A stretch of DNA of 64,000 nt from an uncultured Acidobacteriota bacterium (GCA_963741955.1 CAVUKB010000001.1:32001-96000), one strand, 5' to 3'. Numbered from the stretch's first letter, positions 19,346-30,357 are shown. Made by a program: numbers and translations. The notes: generated from the letters alone by a model not told the origin.

Positions 19346-19467
19346 GGAGTCCGGACGGCACGGAGTGGATGCGGAGGCTCCTTCCGTTCGGTTGTTCCGA
19401 TTCGCAAAACTTCCAAAGCTCTCAACCTCCCGACCGCTGGGTTAGAATCTCGGGCCGAGGAGAAACG

Positions 19468-19902
19468 ATGCGAGCCGACTGGCACGAGTACTTCATGGGG
19501 ATCGCCCGGCAGGCGGCGACCCGATCGACATGTCCCCGGAAGCATGTGGGCGCGGTGATCGTCCGTGACCGGACAGTCCTCTCGACCGGATACAACGGAT
19601 CGATCCGAAGCATGCCGCACTGCGACGACGTCGGCTGCATGATGGAGGACGGGCATTGCGTGGCGACGGTGCACGCCGAAGCGAACGCGATTCTGCAAGC
19701 CGCGAAGAACGGTGTATCGATCGATGGCGCGGAGCTCTACACGACCGCGTCTCCCTGCTGGGGATGCTTCAAGCTGATCGCGAACGCCGGGATCAGGCGC
19801 ATCTACTACGGCGAGTTCTACCGCGAGGAACGTTCTCGTGAAGTTGCTCCGAAGCTGGGGATCGAGCTCGTCGACCTGGAGATGAGGGAAGGCGGCGCGT
19901 GA
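19468..19902 (+). CDS. dCMP deaminase family protein (ComEB-like)
   Basis: RSTCPRKHVGA, TGYNG, HAEANAI, SPCWGC; AGGAG RBS before ATG 19468. Confidence 0.92.
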   Translation: MRADWHEYFMGIARQAATRSTCPRKHVGAVIVRDRTVLSTGYNGSIRSMPHCDDVGCMMEDGHCVATVHAEANAILQAAKNGVSIDGAELYTTASPCWGCFKLIANAGIRRIYYGEFYREERSREVAPKLGIELVDLEMREGGA

Positions 19903-20516
19903 TTCTGGCCGTCGACAGCTCATTGCCGCTCTTTTCCGTGGCACTGGTGGAGAACGGCATGGCCGTCGCCGCGCTCCTTCTCGAGGGGCGGGAGTCGCGG
20001 AACGAGAAGCTTCTCCCGTCGATCGACTGGCTCTTCGCGGAGAGCGGGAGCTCGCGGGAGCGCCTCACGCTGCTGGTGACGACGAGAGGTCCCGGATCGT
20101 TCACCGGAGTCCGGGTCGGGATGGCGACGGTGAGCGGGTTGGCGATGGCCCTGGCGATTCCGGTGTGCGCGCTCTCGACCCACGAAGCGATGCTGGCCGG
20201 TGCGTCGCGGGACGCGCTGGTGTACAACGATGCGGGGCGCGGAGAATTTTACGTCTCCGGTTTCCGCGAGGGACGCGAGGTGCTCGCTCCCGCGCTGATG
20301 GGGAAAGATCGACTGGACGAGCTTCGCGGAGAATGGGACGAGTCGATCGACATCGCCGTGGCACTGAAGACGCAGAATCCCGCGTTGAACGCCGCTCTTG
20401 CGGCGGAGAAGATCTCGGCCCGGCGAGACCTCGATCGATATTCCGATACGAGTCCGATCTATGTTCGACTGGCAGAGGCAGAAATCCGGCTCCGGCAGCG
20501 AGACGCTGCCCGCTGA
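19899..20516 (+). CDS. tsaB: tRNA t6A biosynthesis protein TsaB
   Basis: ILAVDSS, GPGSFTGVRVG, DAGRGEFY, PIYVR. Confidence 0.92.
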   Translation: MILAVDSSLPLFSVALVENGMAVAALLLEGRESRNEKLLPSIDWLFAESGSSRERLTLLVTTRGPGSFTGVRVGMATVSGLAMALAIPVCALSTHEAMLAGASRDALVYNDAGRGEFYVSGFREGREVLAPALMGKDRLDELRGEWDESIDIAVALKTQNPALNAALAAEKISARRDLDRYSDTSPIYVRLAEAEIRLRQRDAAR

Positions 20517-20955
20517 GGTCCGGATCTCGAAGGCGACCGACGCCGACGTGGCGGAGGTGTACGTACTCGAAAGAGAGTGCTTCCCTGCGCCGTGGAAGCG
20601 GGAGTTCTTCGAGAGTGAGGTCCGCGCCTCGGGACGGTTCAACCTCGTGGCGAGAGATTCACGCGGAAGCCTGATCGGGTATCTCTTCGGGATGCATTTC
20701 CTCGACGAGATGCACATCAACAAGATCGCGGTGGCGGAGAGTCACCGGCGTCACGGCATCGCCACGATCCTGATGGAGCGCTGCTTCGAGTTCGCGCGGG
20801 AGCGGCATCTCCGTTCCATCAGTCTCGAGGTGCGCGAAATGAACCAGGGAGCGCAGGACTTTTACCGCCGTCTCGCATTTCACGACAGTTACCGGCGCCC
20901 GCGGTACTATCCCGATGGCGAGGCCGCAGTGGTGATGACCAGGAGCATGGGGTAG
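20461..20955 (+). CDS. rimI: ribosomal protein S18-alanine N-acetyltransferase (start uncertain, 20461 or ~20506)
   Basis: FPAPW, EMHINKIAV, LEVREMN, RPRYYPDGEAAVVM; follows tsaB. Confidence 0.88.
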   Translation: MFDWQRQKSGSGSETLPAEVRISKATDADVAEVYVLERECFPAPWKREFFESEVRASGRFNLVARDSRGSLIGYLFGMHFLDEMHINKIAVAESHRRHGIATILMERCFEFARERHLRSISLEVREMNQGAQDFYRRLAFHDSYRRPRYYPDGEAAVVMTRSMG

Positions 20956-21039
20956 TACGGATCTGCTCCGAACGGACGAGCGGGAGATTCAGCGACGGCT
21001 TCCGGTGCTTCTGCGGTGCAGCTCGGGGGCACGATCCCA

Positions 21040-21084
21040 TTTGCGCGATTTGCGCGATTTGCGCGAATTGCGCGAATTGCGCGA
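21040..21084. repeat. 9-mer tandem repeat (A[T/A]TTGCGCG) x5
   Basis: Read directly; inverted copies near 21170-21186. Confidence 0.7.
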
Positions 21085-21324
21085 GTCAGGCGTGAGCCCG
21101 CGCTTTCCGAAGAAGAGGTTCGAGTCCGGTATCACCACGAGACCACCGTCGTGGAGCGGTCCTCAAAGATCGCGCAATTCGCGCAAGTGAGCACCTGATC
21201 TCTCAGCACTCGCGTAGCGTCGAGGACGCGTAGCGTCGAGGAGATCGCGATCGCAGGAATCCCGAGCCCCGCTCCTTCGTTGCGGCGCACGAGCGGCCCG
21301 GCAGCGGCCGGTTGGAGTGAATGG

Positions 21325-23001
21325 ATGGCTGTGACGATCGAAGCGACGGAGACGCCGGTGCGCTGGACCGCGTTGAAAGCGGCAGCTCTGCTGCTGCTCG
21401 TGACTTTCCTTCTGGGGTACCGCCTCGGAAGCGTTCCCCTTTTCGATCCCGACGAAGGCCGGAACGCGGAAGTGGCGCGCGAGATGGCGGTCAGCGGGGA
21501 CTTCGTTCTTCCCACTCTGAACGGGCTTCCCTATCTCGACAAGCCGATCGTTCTCTTCGCTGCCGAAGCAGTGGCGATGAAGACGTTCGGAGCGAATGAG
21601 ATGGCGGCGCGTCTTCCGTCGCTCCTCTTCGCACTGGCGACGGTTCTTCTCATTGCCTGGTTCGGAACCCGTCACTTCGGGCTCGAGCGCGGTCTCCTCG
21701 CCGGGTGGGTCGCGGCGGCATCCCCGCTCCTGGTCGCGTTCTCACGAATCGTCATCTTCGATACCGGTCTGACGTTTTTCATCACGTTCTCCATCCTCGC
21801 CCTTTACGAAGCGGTCGTGGCAGGGGAGAGGCGCGCCGGCGAAGGGTGGCGTCTCGCCGCGTGGGCCTCGATGGCGCTCGGCGTGCTGATGAAAGGGCCG
21901 GTGGCTCTCGCACTCCCGGCGATGGTGCTGATTCCCTTCGCCTGGCGCTCCGGTCGCATCCGGGACCTGGCCAGTGTCTGGTCGGCGCTTCTCTTCTCCG
22001 TCGTGCTGGCGCCGTGGCTGGTTCTGGTCTCGCTCCGCATCCCGGACTTTCTCGATTACGCGCTGGTGACGGAGACGGTCTCCCGCCTGACGACGAACGA
22101 GTTGAAGCGGCAGGGTCCGATCTGGTACTTCGTTCCGTACCTGATCGGCGGCTTCTTTCCCTGGATTCTTCTCCTCGCGGCGAACGCGAAGCGGATCATC
22201 CGCGACGAACGGAAAACGCCTCAGGGTTGGCTGTTCGTCCTCTGGATCGCAGTTCCGTTCATCTTCTTCTCGCTATCGCATTCGAAGCGACCGCAGTACA
22301 TCCTCCCTCTCGTCGCGCCGATTGCGCTGCTGACGGCGCTGGTCGCGCCGCGTGCGCTGCGGCTGACCGGCGCTCGCGTAGCCGCCGTCGCATACGTTCT
22401 GTTCGGCGGGGCAGTCACCGCGGCGGCGTTCGTTCCCCGTCTCACGTCGCGGGTGCCGGCGGCCGATCTCCAGTCGCTGCGAATGGCTGTGCTGGCGCTC
22501 GGTGTGGTGATGATCGTCGCCGGTATCCTCGCCTGGAGTATCCGGGAGTGGCGCGGGGCGGCCGGAGCACTCGGGCTGCCGGTGCTGCTGATTCCGGCGC
22601 TGACCATGCCGATTCTCCTCTACGTCGGCCACCAGAGATCGATGCGGGAAGTCGCTGCCGTCATTCCTCTGCATGCAGAAGTCGTCTCGGTCGGCACATT
22701 CGAGCCCTCCCTCGCGTTCTACACCGGGGAGCCGATGAGCGTGGCGACGAACGACGGCGACGAGTTCCGCAGCAACTACCTGGTGCGGCATCCCGCTCTT
22801 CTGAAGGCAAGCCCGGACATTCTCCTTCCGGAAACGAAGTGGGAGAATGTGATGGCGCTTTGCGCGGAGCCGACGGTCTTCGTAGTGGGGAGAAAGGCGG
22901 CGGCGCGCACGGTTCTGAGCGGGCAGCTCCCTCTGCTGCACCAGGACCGCGATATCGAGGTGTATGGTCCGTGCCGCGCAGGTGCGGGGCGGGCGGAGTG
23001 A
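21325..23001 (+). CDS. ArnT/PMT-family (GT39/GT83) membrane glycosyltransferase
   Basis: DPDEGRNAEVAREM, YLDKP, ARLPS, LMKGPVAL, SKRPQYILP. Confidence 0.9.
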   Translation: MAVTIEATETPVRWTALKAAALLLLVTFLLGYRLGSVPLFDPDEGRNAEVAREMAVSGDFVLPTLNGLPYLDKPIVLFAAEAVAMKTFGANEMAARLPSLLFALATVLLIAWFGTRHFGLERGLLAGWVAAASPLLVAFSRIVIFDTGLTFFITFSILALYEAVVAGERRAGEGWRLAAWASMALGVLMKGPVALALPAMVLIPFAWRSGRIRDLASVWSALLFSVVLAPWLVLVSLRIPDFLDYALVTETVSRLTTNELKRQGPIWYFVPYLIGGFFPWILLLAANAKRIIRDERKTPQGWLFVLWIAVPFIFFSLSHSKRPQYILPLVAPIALLTALVAPRALRLTGARVAAVAYVLFGGAVTAAAFVPRLTSRVPAADLQSLRMAVLALGVVMIVAGILAWSIREWRGAAGALGLPVLLIPALTMPILLYVGHQRSMREVAAVIPLHAEVVSVGTFEPSLAFYTGEPMSVATNDGDEFRSNYLVRHPALLKASPDILLPETKWENVMALCAEPTVFVVGRKAAARTVLSGQLPLLHQDRDIEVYGPCRAGAGRAE

Positions 23002-23009
23002 ACTGAACG

Positions 23010-24899
23010 ATGTGCGGACTGTATGGGATGGTGTCGATGGCGGGCCGACCGCTCCGGTATCCGGAGCTGGCCGACCGGATGGGAGAGACTCTCCACCATC
23101 GCGGACCCGACAATCACGGACTCCTCACCTCACCCGTGGCTTCGCTCGGCGTTCAGCGTCTCCGGATCATCGACATCGCGGCGCGCGCCGACCAGCCGTT
23201 CACCGATCCCAGCGGCCTGGTCTGGCTCGCCTGCAACGGTGAGATCTACAACGCTTCGGAGATCCGCGGCCGCTACTCCGATTACCCCTACCGCTCCTCC
23301 TCCGACGTCGAATCGATTCTTCCGCTCTATCTCCAGAAAGGGATCGCGGGCGTCTCGGAGCTCGACGGAATGTTCGGGATTGCGATCTGGGACAGCCGGA
23401 TCGAAAAGCTCTTTCTGGTCCGAGACCGGGCCGGAGAGAAGCCTCTCTTTTACGCCGAGGTCGACGGAGAGATCTGGTTCGCTTCGGAGATTCAGGCGCT
23501 GCTCGAGCATCCGACTCTGAGCCGCGAGATCGACCACGATTCGGTTCGCGATTTCCTCTCCCTCGGATACGTACTGGAGCCGAAGACTCTGTTTCGCGGG
23601 ATCCGCCGGGTCGAGGCGGGATCGTTCCACGAGATCGATTCCGATGGCGCGCGTGAGCATCGTTACTGGGACGCATCGTCGTTCGCGGTCCAGCCGACAG
23701 GTCCGGCCGACGCCGAAGAGCAGCTCGCGGAGCTGTTCGAGGCGGCAGTCGAGCGGCAGACCATCTCCGATGCGCCGATCGGCGTCTTCATGAGCGGCGG
23801 TCTCGACTCGTCGCTCCTGGCAGCGCTCGTCGCACGGAGAGTGGGCGCGGATCGCATCCATACCTACACCGCGCGTTTCACCGAAGAGTCGTACGACGAG
23901 AGTGTGGAAGCGGAAGTGTTCGCGAGATCACTCGGGACGCATCACGTCAGTGTTCCCGCCGGAATCGACGAGCTGCTCCTCGCAGTCGAAAACGTGGTGA
24001 ATCGGATCGCGGAACCGATGGCCGACCCTGCGGTGCTTCCGACCTGGCTTCTCGCGCGGCGTGCGTCGAAGGACGTTCGCGTGGTCCTCGCCGGTGAAGG
24101 AGCCGACGAGCTCTTCGGCGGATATCCGACCTATCTCGGACACAAGTTCGCTCCGATCTTCGGCGGGTTGCCTTCCCCTTTGCGTCGCGGCATCTCGCGT
24201 GCGGTCGGGCTTCTGCCGTCGAGCCAGTCGAAGGTGCCGCTCGAATTTCTCCTGAAGCGTTTCGTCACCGGCGCCGAGCTCCCGTGGCTGGAAAGACACC
24301 TTCGGTGGTTCGGGACCGGAGCGCCGTGGAGCGAGAACCGCTTCGAGCCGGAATACGGAAGCATTCCCGACGCCCTCGCCGGCGCGATGCTGCTCGACTA
24401 CCACAGCTATCTCCGCGACAACCTGCTGGTGAAGATCGACCGAGCGACCATGCTCGAATCGGTCGAATCGCGTGCGCCGTATCTCGATCGTGCACTGACG
24501 CGTTTCGCCTTCTCGCTGCCCACCGCGCTCCGGCTTCGCGGGACCGAGACGAAGTGGCTTCTGAAGCGCGCGTCACTTCGCTGGCTTCCGCGCGAGCTCG
24601 TCTACCGCCGGAAGCGCGGACTGAGCGTTCCGGTGGCTTCGATGATCAACCACCAGCTTAGTGGCGACGTCGACCGTCTTCTTCTCTCCCCATCGATGGA
24701 AGAAGCCGGATGGCCGGGACGGGCATCGATCGAGAGGCTGCTCGCGGAACATCGCAGCGGCCACGCGAATCATGCCCGCGCGATCTGGCCGCTTTACATG
24801 CTGCTGCGATGGGCCGAGCGATGGAACGTCTCTCTCTTCGACTCGCGCCGTGCCGAAGACGAGCCGCGAGAGGCGCGGTTCGTCGAATCGCTCGTCTGA
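23010..24899 (+). CDS. asnB: asparagine synthase (glutamine-hydrolysing) family amidotransferase
   Basis: MCG N-terminus, HRGPD, NGEIYN, RDRAGEKPL, MSGGLDSS, GEGADELFGGY. Confidence 0.93.
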   Translation: MCGLYGMVSMAGRPLRYPELADRMGETLHHRGPDNHGLLTSPVASLGVQRLRIIDIAARADQPFTDPSGLVWLACNGEIYNASEIRGRYSDYPYRSSSDVESILPLYLQKGIAGVSELDGMFGIAIWDSRIEKLFLVRDRAGEKPLFYAEVDGEIWFASEIQALLEHPTLSREIDHDSVRDFLSLGYVLEPKTLFRGIRRVEAGSFHEIDSDGAREHRYWDASSFAVQPTGPADAEEQLAELFEAAVERQTISDAPIGVFMSGGLDSSLLAALVARRVGADRIHTYTARFTEESYDESVEAEVFARSLGTHHVSVPAGIDELLLAVENVVNRIAEPMADPAVLPTWLLARRASKDVRVVLAGEGADELFGGYPTYLGHKFAPIFGGLPSPLRRGISRAVGLLPSSQSKVPLEFLLKRFVTGAELPWLERHLRWFGTGAPWSENRFEPEYGSIPDALAGAMLLDYHSYLRDNLLVKIDRATMLESVESRAPYLDRALTRFAFSLPTALRLRGTETKWLLKRASLRWLPRELVYRRKRGLSVPVASMINHQLSGDVDRLLLSPSMEEAGWPGRASIERLLAEHRSGHANHARAIWPLYMLLRWAERWNVSLFDSRRAEDEPREARFVESLV

Positions 24900-26081
24900 T
24901 CACTCCTCGCGAATCGCGGCGATCGGATCGAGCTTGGACGCGACCCGTGCCGGATAGAGCGTCGCCACGACAGAGAGGACGATCGCGACGAGATTCACTC
25001 CGATCACGTCCGTTGCGTCGATCTTGAACGGCAGCCACGAGAGGTAGTAGACGTCCTGCGGGAGCGGGACGAGATGGAAATGGTTCGCGGCCCAGGCGAG
25101 CCCCAGCCCCGCGACATTTCCCAGAACCGTCCCCGCAATTCCGATCAGGAGTCCCACCGTCATGTAGATGCCGAGGATCGATCGTTCCGAAGCGCCGAGA
25201 GTGCGAAGCACGCCGACCTGAGGTCGCTTCTCGACGATCATCATCGAGAGCGACGAGACGAGATTGAGCGCCGCCACGAAGACGATCAGAGAGATGGTCA
25301 GGAACATGACGATCTTTTCGAGCCGGAGCGCGAGGAAGAGCGGGCGGTTGATCTCCTTCCAGCTCTGGAACCGGAGAGCCCCGTACTTCGCGCCGAGCTG
25401 CTTCTGCGCCTCTTCGACTCTGTCGAGGGACCTGGTGTAGACGGAGATCGAAGTCGGATTCCCGCCGGTATCGAAGAGCCGCGTTGCCGCCTCGAACGGG
25501 AGTCGTGCCGAGGGATCGGTCTCGGATGTCGTGGTGGGGAGAAGGCCTCCTACGCGGTACTTCTTCCAGACCGGCACCGGGCCGAACGGCGTGAGCTCGG
25601 TCCGTGGAGCCACGATGATGATGTCGCTGCCGGTGTCGGTTCCCATCGCAGCGGCGAGATCGCGAGTGAGGTAGATCGCCCCTTCGGAATCGAGAGGGGC
25701 GCCGGACGGCGGGAACGATCCGATCCGGACCGGGCGGCCGCGTCCCGCGCGCCGGTTGGTCGCCCACGCGAACCCGGAGATCTCGGGGCGGATCGTCTCG
25801 AATCCGTAGTGCTCGAGATCGGCGAGCACTTTTTGCGAATCGGCGATCGACGTCCCGGAGGCCGGCTCGATCAGGAGCTGCGGGCTCGCAGCGATCAGAC
25901 GCGATTTGATCTCTCCCTGCAGACCGGAGAGGAGCGCGAGCGAAATGATCAGAGTGAAGACGCCGACTGCGAGACCGAGCATGCTGATCCCGGAGAGGAA
26001 CGCCGTGTGGACGCGCTTGCGTGCGGTCCAGAGATAGCGGAGCGCGATCCGCAGCTCGTAGCGATTCGGCGAGAACGGCAT
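24900..26081 (-). CDS. LolC/LolE-family lipoprotein-releasing ABC transporter permease
   Basis: IALRYL, SWKEINRPLFLALRLEK, LRTLGAS, TLYPARVASKLDP. Confidence 0.88.
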   Translation of the reverse strand: MPFSPNRYELRIALRYLWTARKRVHTAFLSGISMLGLAVGVFTLIISLALLSGLQGEIKSRLIAASPQLLIEPASGTSIADSQKVLADLEHYGFETIRPEISGFAWATNRRAGRGRPVRIGSFPPSGAPLDSEGAIYLTRDLAAAMGTDTGSDIIIVAPRTELTPFGPVPVWKKYRVGGLLPTTTSETDPSARLPFEAATRLFDTGGNPTSISVYTRSLDRVEEAQKQLGAKYGALRFQSWKEINRPLFLALRLEKIVMFLTISLIVFVAALNLVSSLSMMIVEKRPQVGVLRTLGASERSILGIYMTVGLLIGIAGTVLGNVAGLGLAWAANHFHLVPLPQDVYYLSWLPFKIDATDVIGVNLVAIVLSVVATLYPARVASKLDPIAAIREE

Positions 26082-26246
26082 GTCGCGGAGATTCTACGAC
26101 ACGTCATGGTCGCAAGCTCAGCCCCCATGGGCCGAAGCCAATTGAAGTCGCCCATGTCACCCGCCGGAAGCGAAGGCTGCCGTTCGAGCGTGTGCGGCGT
26201 ACATCGATATGGGATTATGGGTCATGCTGAGATTGTTTTCCGGGTC

Positions 26247-26501
26247 ATGAAGAACTCGAAGACGACCGTCGAGATCCGTAAGCCCCTGCTGGATGCAGCG
26301 CGCAAAGTCGCGGTTCGTGAAGGCATATCGCTGCGAGCGCTGATCGAACAGGGTCTGGAACACGCGATTCAGGAGCACAAGGCGACCAAGCCCTTCCGGC
26401 TCCGGAGAGCGACATTTCGAGGACGTGGCCTCCAGAAAGGCGTGCGGGAAGGAGATTGGAGCGATCTCAGAGACCGGATCTACGAAGGGCGTGGGACGTG
26501 A
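26247..26501 (+). CDS. vapB: VapB-like antitoxin (RHH type)
   Basis: KTTVEI..LLDAARKVA..ISLRALIEQGL; stop overlaps the start of the PIN gene (GTGA). Confidence 0.8.
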   Translation: MKNSKTTVEIRKPLLDAARKVAVREGISLRALIEQGLEHAIQEHKATKPFRLRRATFRGRGLQKGVREGDWSDLRDRIYEGRGT

Positions 26502-26932
26502 TCGCAGTCGACACGAATATCCTCGTCTACGCACACCGGGAAGACTCGCAGTGGCACGAGGCCGCATGGGAGGCGCTGCACAGTCTGGCGGAAGGGGTGC
26601 GGCCGTGGGCCATTCCATGGCCTTGCGTCCACGAGTTTCTCGCGATCGTCACGCACCCGAAGATCTACGATCCTCCCACTCCGCGGGCGAAGGCGATCGA
26701 GCAGGTGGAGAGCTGGCTCGAGTCTCCCACCCTGAAGCTCCTTTCGGAGGAGCCTGGGTACTGGGAACGGCTCCGCCTTCTGATCACGGCGGCGCGCGTG
26801 GAGGGACCGATGATCCACGATGCGCGGGTCGCGGCACTCTGTCTGTTCTGGGAAGTTCGCGAGCTCTGGACGACGGACCGCGATTTTTCGCGATTCGCCG
26901 ATCTGCGCGTGCGGAACCCGCTGGTGCGGTGA
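26498..26932 (+). CDS. vapC: VapC PIN-domain toxin
   Basis: IAVDTNILVYA, HEFLAIVTHP, IHDARVAA, TTDRDFSRF. Confidence 0.9.
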   Translation: MIAVDTNILVYAHREDSQWHEAAWEALHSLAEGVRPWAIPWPCVHEFLAIVTHPKIYDPPTPRAKAIEQVESWLESPTLKLLSEEPGYWERLRLLITAARVEGPMIHDARVAALCLFWEVRELWTTDRDFSRFADLRVRNPLVR

Positions 26933-26995
26933 GCACGTCGAGCATCCCTTCCGGGGTAAGGTCGGTTGATCCACCAGCGCAGCATGATCGCCCGC

Positions 26996-27068
26996 CCGAG
27001 CCCCGAGCCCCGAGCCCCGAGTCTCGAGCCTCGAGCCTCGAACCTCGAGCCTCGAACCTCGAGCCCCG
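26996..27068. repeat. heptamer tandem repeat (CGAGCC[C/T]/CGAACCT) x ~10
   Basis: Read directly; between the convergent vapC and lysS stops. Confidence 0.85.
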
Positions 27069-27072
27069 CGCC

Positions 27073-28650
27073 TTATCGCGGCCGCATCAGCGGGAAGAGA
27101 ATGACATCCCGGATCGACGGCGAGTCGGTCAGGATCATCGCGATGCGGTCCATCCCGATTCCCTCGCCGGCGGTGGGCGGCATGCCGTACTGCAGCGCAC
27201 GCACGTAGTCCTCGTCCATCTGGTGTGCCTCGTCGTCGCCGTGGGCGCGCTCGCCCAGCTGCTGGAGGAACCGCCGCTCCTGCTCGTCCGGGTCGTTGAG
27301 CTCCGAGAACGCGTTCGCCACTTCCATCCCGCCGATGTAGAGCTCGAACCGCTCGACATACCGCGGATCGTCCTTCCTCTGCTTCGAGAGGGGGGAGACT
27401 TCCACCGGAAAATCGGTGATGAAGGTCGGTTCGATCAGAAACTCCTCGGCGAAGCTCTCGAAGATCTCCGCGATGATCTTCCCGTCGTTCATCTCTTCGA
27501 GCGGCGGCGCTCCGGCAGTGATCGGCCCTTCCGTCGCATCGGATTTCACATGACGCGGCTCGCCGTACCTGCGCGCGAGCTCGATCAGTGACGCGCGGTT
27601 CTCCAGCGACTGCGGATCGATGGTGATCTCCTTCCGCGCGGCGAAGTGGACGATGGCCTCCTTCATGGTGAAGCGGGCGAAGGGAGGAGTGAAGTCGATC
27701 TCATTGCCGCGGAAGGTGAGCCGGGTCGAGCGATGAATCTCCATCACCAGCCCCGCCAGGAGCGACTCGGTGAGGTTCATCAGGTCGCGGTAATCCGCGT
27801 ACGACTGGTAGAACTCGAGCATGGTGAACTCGGGATTGTGCCGGACCGAGATGCCTTCGTTGCGGAAATTGCGGTTGATCTCGTAGACGCGATCGAGCCC
27901 GCCCACGATCAGCCGCTTCAGATAGAGCTCCGGCGCGATGCGGAGATAGAGGTCGATGTCGAGCGTGTTGTGATGGGTGATGAACGGCCGTGCCGCCGCA
28001 CCTCCGGCCAGCGGCTGCATCATCGGCGTTTCCACCTCGATGTATCCCCGCGCGTCGAAGAAGTTGCGGATGAAGCGGATCATCTGCGCCCGAATCTCGA
28101 ACGTCCGCTTCACGTCGTCATTGACGATCAGATCGAGGTATCTCTGCCGGTATCTCTGCTCCAGGTCGGTCAGTCCGTGCCATTTCTCGGGAAGAGGACG
28201 GAGCCCCTTCGCGAGAAATCCGAGGTTCGAGGCCTTGATCGAAAGCTCGCCCTTCCGGGTCCGGAAGACCGTTCCCTCGACGGAGATCCAGTCGCCGATG
28301 TCGAGGTTCTCGTACAGAGTCCACTCGTTTTCCGGGATCGAATCCTTCCGGCAATAGACCTGAATCCGCGCCATCCTCTCCGACAGATCGAGGAACGAGG
28401 TCTTCCCGTGGTGGCGGATGGTCATCACGCGTCCGGCGATCTTCACCTGCCGCGGATTCGCTTCGAGCACCTCTGCGGTCTGTCCCGCATGCGTCTCGAC
28501 CACCTCCGCGATGGTGGTGTCGGTCTCGGCCCTGGTAGGGTACGGGTCGAACCCGGCGTCCACGATGCGGGCGAGCTTCTCTCGCCGGATGCGAATCAGT
28601 TCGCTTTCCGGCGTTTCGGATGTCGGATCGGGTGCGTGTTCGTCGGACAC
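27073..28650 (-). CDS. lysS: lysine--tRNA ligase (class II)
   Basis: [57 protein letters not shown]. Confidence 0.97.
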   Translation of the reverse strand: MSDEHAPDPTSETPESELIRIRREKLARIVDAGFDPYPTRAETDTTIAEVVETHAGQTAEVLEANPRQVKIAGRVMTIRHHGKTSFLDLSERMARIQVYCRKDSIPENEWTLYENLDIGDWISVEGTVFRTRKGELSIKASNLGFLAKGLRPLPEKWHGLTDLEQRYRQRYLDLIVNDDVKRTFEIRAQMIRFIRNFFDARGYIEVETPMMQPLAGGAAARPFITHHNTLDIDLYLRIAPELYLKRLIVGGLDRVYEINRNFRNEGISVRHNPEFTMLEFYQSYADYRDLMNLTESLLAGLVMEIHRSTRLTFRGNEIDFTPPFARFTMKEAIVHFAARKEITIDPQSLENRASLIELARRYGEPRHVKSDATEGPITAGAPPLEEMNDGKIIAEIFESFAEEFLIEPTFITDFPVEVSPLSKQRKDDPRYVERFELYIGGMEVANAFSELNDPDEQERRFLQQLGERAHGDDEAHQMDEDYVRALQYGMPPTAGEGIGMDRIAMILTDSPSIRDVILFPLMRPR

Positions 28651-28690
28651 GAAGTCTCCTTCGGTGAATGGTGCGGACGCAGCCGCGCAG

Positions 28691-29896
28691 TCACTTCATT
28701 TTCGAGAGCGCGTCGATGGCGCGCTCGATCGTCTGGGTCGAGGTGGAAAAGGACATTCTGAGGTGACCCTCACCGTGAGGGCCGAAGACCACGCCCGGAA
28801 CGGTCGCGATGTTCGTCCGGTCGAGAAGTGTGTCGAACGCGGTCCAGGAGTCTTCGCCGAGCCGTTCCCGCACGTCGAGAAAAAGATAGATCGCTCCGGC
28901 CGGCGGGACGCAGCGGAAGCCGGCGCGAATCAGTCCGGCGACGAGAAGGTCACGCCGTTCGCGGTAGTGCTCGAGGTTCTTTTCGAGATAATCCGAGCGG
29001 TCTGCGATCGCAGCGGCCGCGGCGAACTGAGTCGGGGTGGAGACGCCGTTCACGGAATTCAGAACCAGCTTCTTGAGCGAATCCATCCAGAGATCGGAGG
29101 CGACGACGTACCCCACGCGCCATCCCGTCATGGAGTAGCTCTTGCTCAGCGTGAAGCAGGTGATGGTCCGGTCGAGCATCCCGGGTAGCGAAGCGATCGA
29201 GACGTGCCGCCCGTCGTAGATCAGGTCTTCGTACGCTTCGTCCGCGATCACGACCAGGTCGTGCTCGACGGCCGCGCGCGCGATCGACTCGAGCTGTGGG
29301 CGCGAGAGGACGTCTCCGGTGGGGTTCGAGGGCGAATTGAGATAGAGCACCCGCGTGGCGGACGTGACGTGCCGGCGGATGACTTCGGCCGGATCCTCTT
29401 CGCGGATCGCCTCCCACGGGACGAGGAGCTGCTTCGCGCCGCAGTAGTTCACCAGCGACTGGATCGGAGTCCAGTAGGGGGAGAAGAACATGACCTCGTC
29501 GCCGGAGTCGACGGCCGCCTGGAAGGCGCAGAAGAGTCCGTGCATCCCTCCTGCGACGACGATCGCGTTCTTCCGGCCGAGCGGAATGCCGTTCCGGGTC
29601 GCCACTTTCTCCTCGATCGCTTCGAGAAGCGAAGGGATTCCGGAGGAAGGGGCGTAGCGAGTCTGGTTCTCGTCGAGCGCGCGCCTCATGGCGTCCTTGA
29701 CGAGCTCGGGAGTGGGACCGAACGGCTCGCCTCCCTGGAACTGCAATACGTCGACCCCGCGGCCGCGCAGCTCGATGACCCGGTTGCGGATCTTCACGAT
29801 GTCGGAAAAACCGAGCAGGGAAGTCCGCTCGGCAAGATGACTGGTCAGTCTCTCGTCTGCCACCTGCGCTGCCTCGTTTTTCTTTTGCCGGTCCAT
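28691..29896 (-). CDS. PLP-dependent aspartate aminotransferase family protein
   Basis: [27 protein letters not shown]; start placed at MDRQKK. Confidence 0.9.
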   Translation of the reverse strand: MDRQKKNEAAQVADERLTSHLAERTSLLGFSDIVKIRNRVIELRGRGVDVLQFQGGEPFGPTPELVKDAMRRALDENQTRYAPSSGIPSLLEAIEEKVATRNGIPLGRKNAIVVAGGMHGLFCAFQAAVDSGDEVMFFSPYWTPIQSLVNYCGAKQLLVPWEAIREEDPAEVIRRHVTSATRVLYLNSPSNPTGDVLSRPQLESIARAAVEHDLVVIADEAYEDLIYDGRHVSIASLPGMLDRTITCFTLSKSYSMTGWRVGYVVASDLWMDSLKKLVLNSVNGVSTPTQFAAAAAIADRSDYLEKNLEHYRERRDLLVAGLIRAGFRCVPPAGAIYLFLDVRERLGEDSWTAFDTLLDRTNIATVPGVVFGPHGEGHLRMSFSTSTQTIERAIDALSKMK

Positions 29897-30068
29897 TCTT
29901 TCCTGCTCCGAAAGCGGGGCCCGATTGTAAGGGAAAGGGCGTGCGGGGGCGAGGGGCGAAAGGCGAGAGGCGAGGAGGTGAGGATACGCCGCCAGGTCCG
30001 ACAAGTCTGACACGTGGGACTCGTCGGACACGTCTGACGTCCGGCCTGAAGCTCCCCGGCGATATTCT

Positions 30069-30123
30069 TCGCCCCTCGCCCCTCGCCCCTCGCCCCTTGC
30101 CCCTTGCCCCTCGCCTCTCGCCT
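30069..30123. repeat. heptamer tandem repeat (TCGCCCC) x ~8
   Basis: Read directly; inverted GGGGCGA-type copies at ~29945-29975. Confidence 0.85.
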
Positions 30124-30126
30124 CCA

Positions 30127-30155
30127 TTGACTCCGCATCCCCCGTTCTTTATGCT
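30127..30155 (+). promoter_or_regulatory. sigma70-type promoter for tRNA-Val/thrS operon
   Basis: TTGACT-17 bp-TATGCT. Confidence 0.65.
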
Positions 30156-30232
30156 TGGCGCCCTCCGGAAATAAGCCGGACATCGGCCGGGGTTTCCGGG
30201 AGACAGGCGGCGACGCCGCCAGCGGTTCGTTC

Positions 30233-30308
30233 AGGCGCTTAGCTCAGTTGGTAGAGCATCACCTTCACACGGTGGGGGTCAGCGGTTCGAGTCCGCTAGC
30301 GCCTACCA
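30233..30308 (+). tRNA. tRNA-Val(CAC)
   Basis: Full cloverleaf: AGGCGCT/AGCGCCT acceptor stem, TTCACAC anticodon loop, GGTTCGAGTCC, encoded CCA. Confidence 0.97.
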
Positions 30309-30357
30309 CGAACCGTCAGGTCGGTGGCCCGGCGGGCGGGCCGGAAATGGAAAGAGC

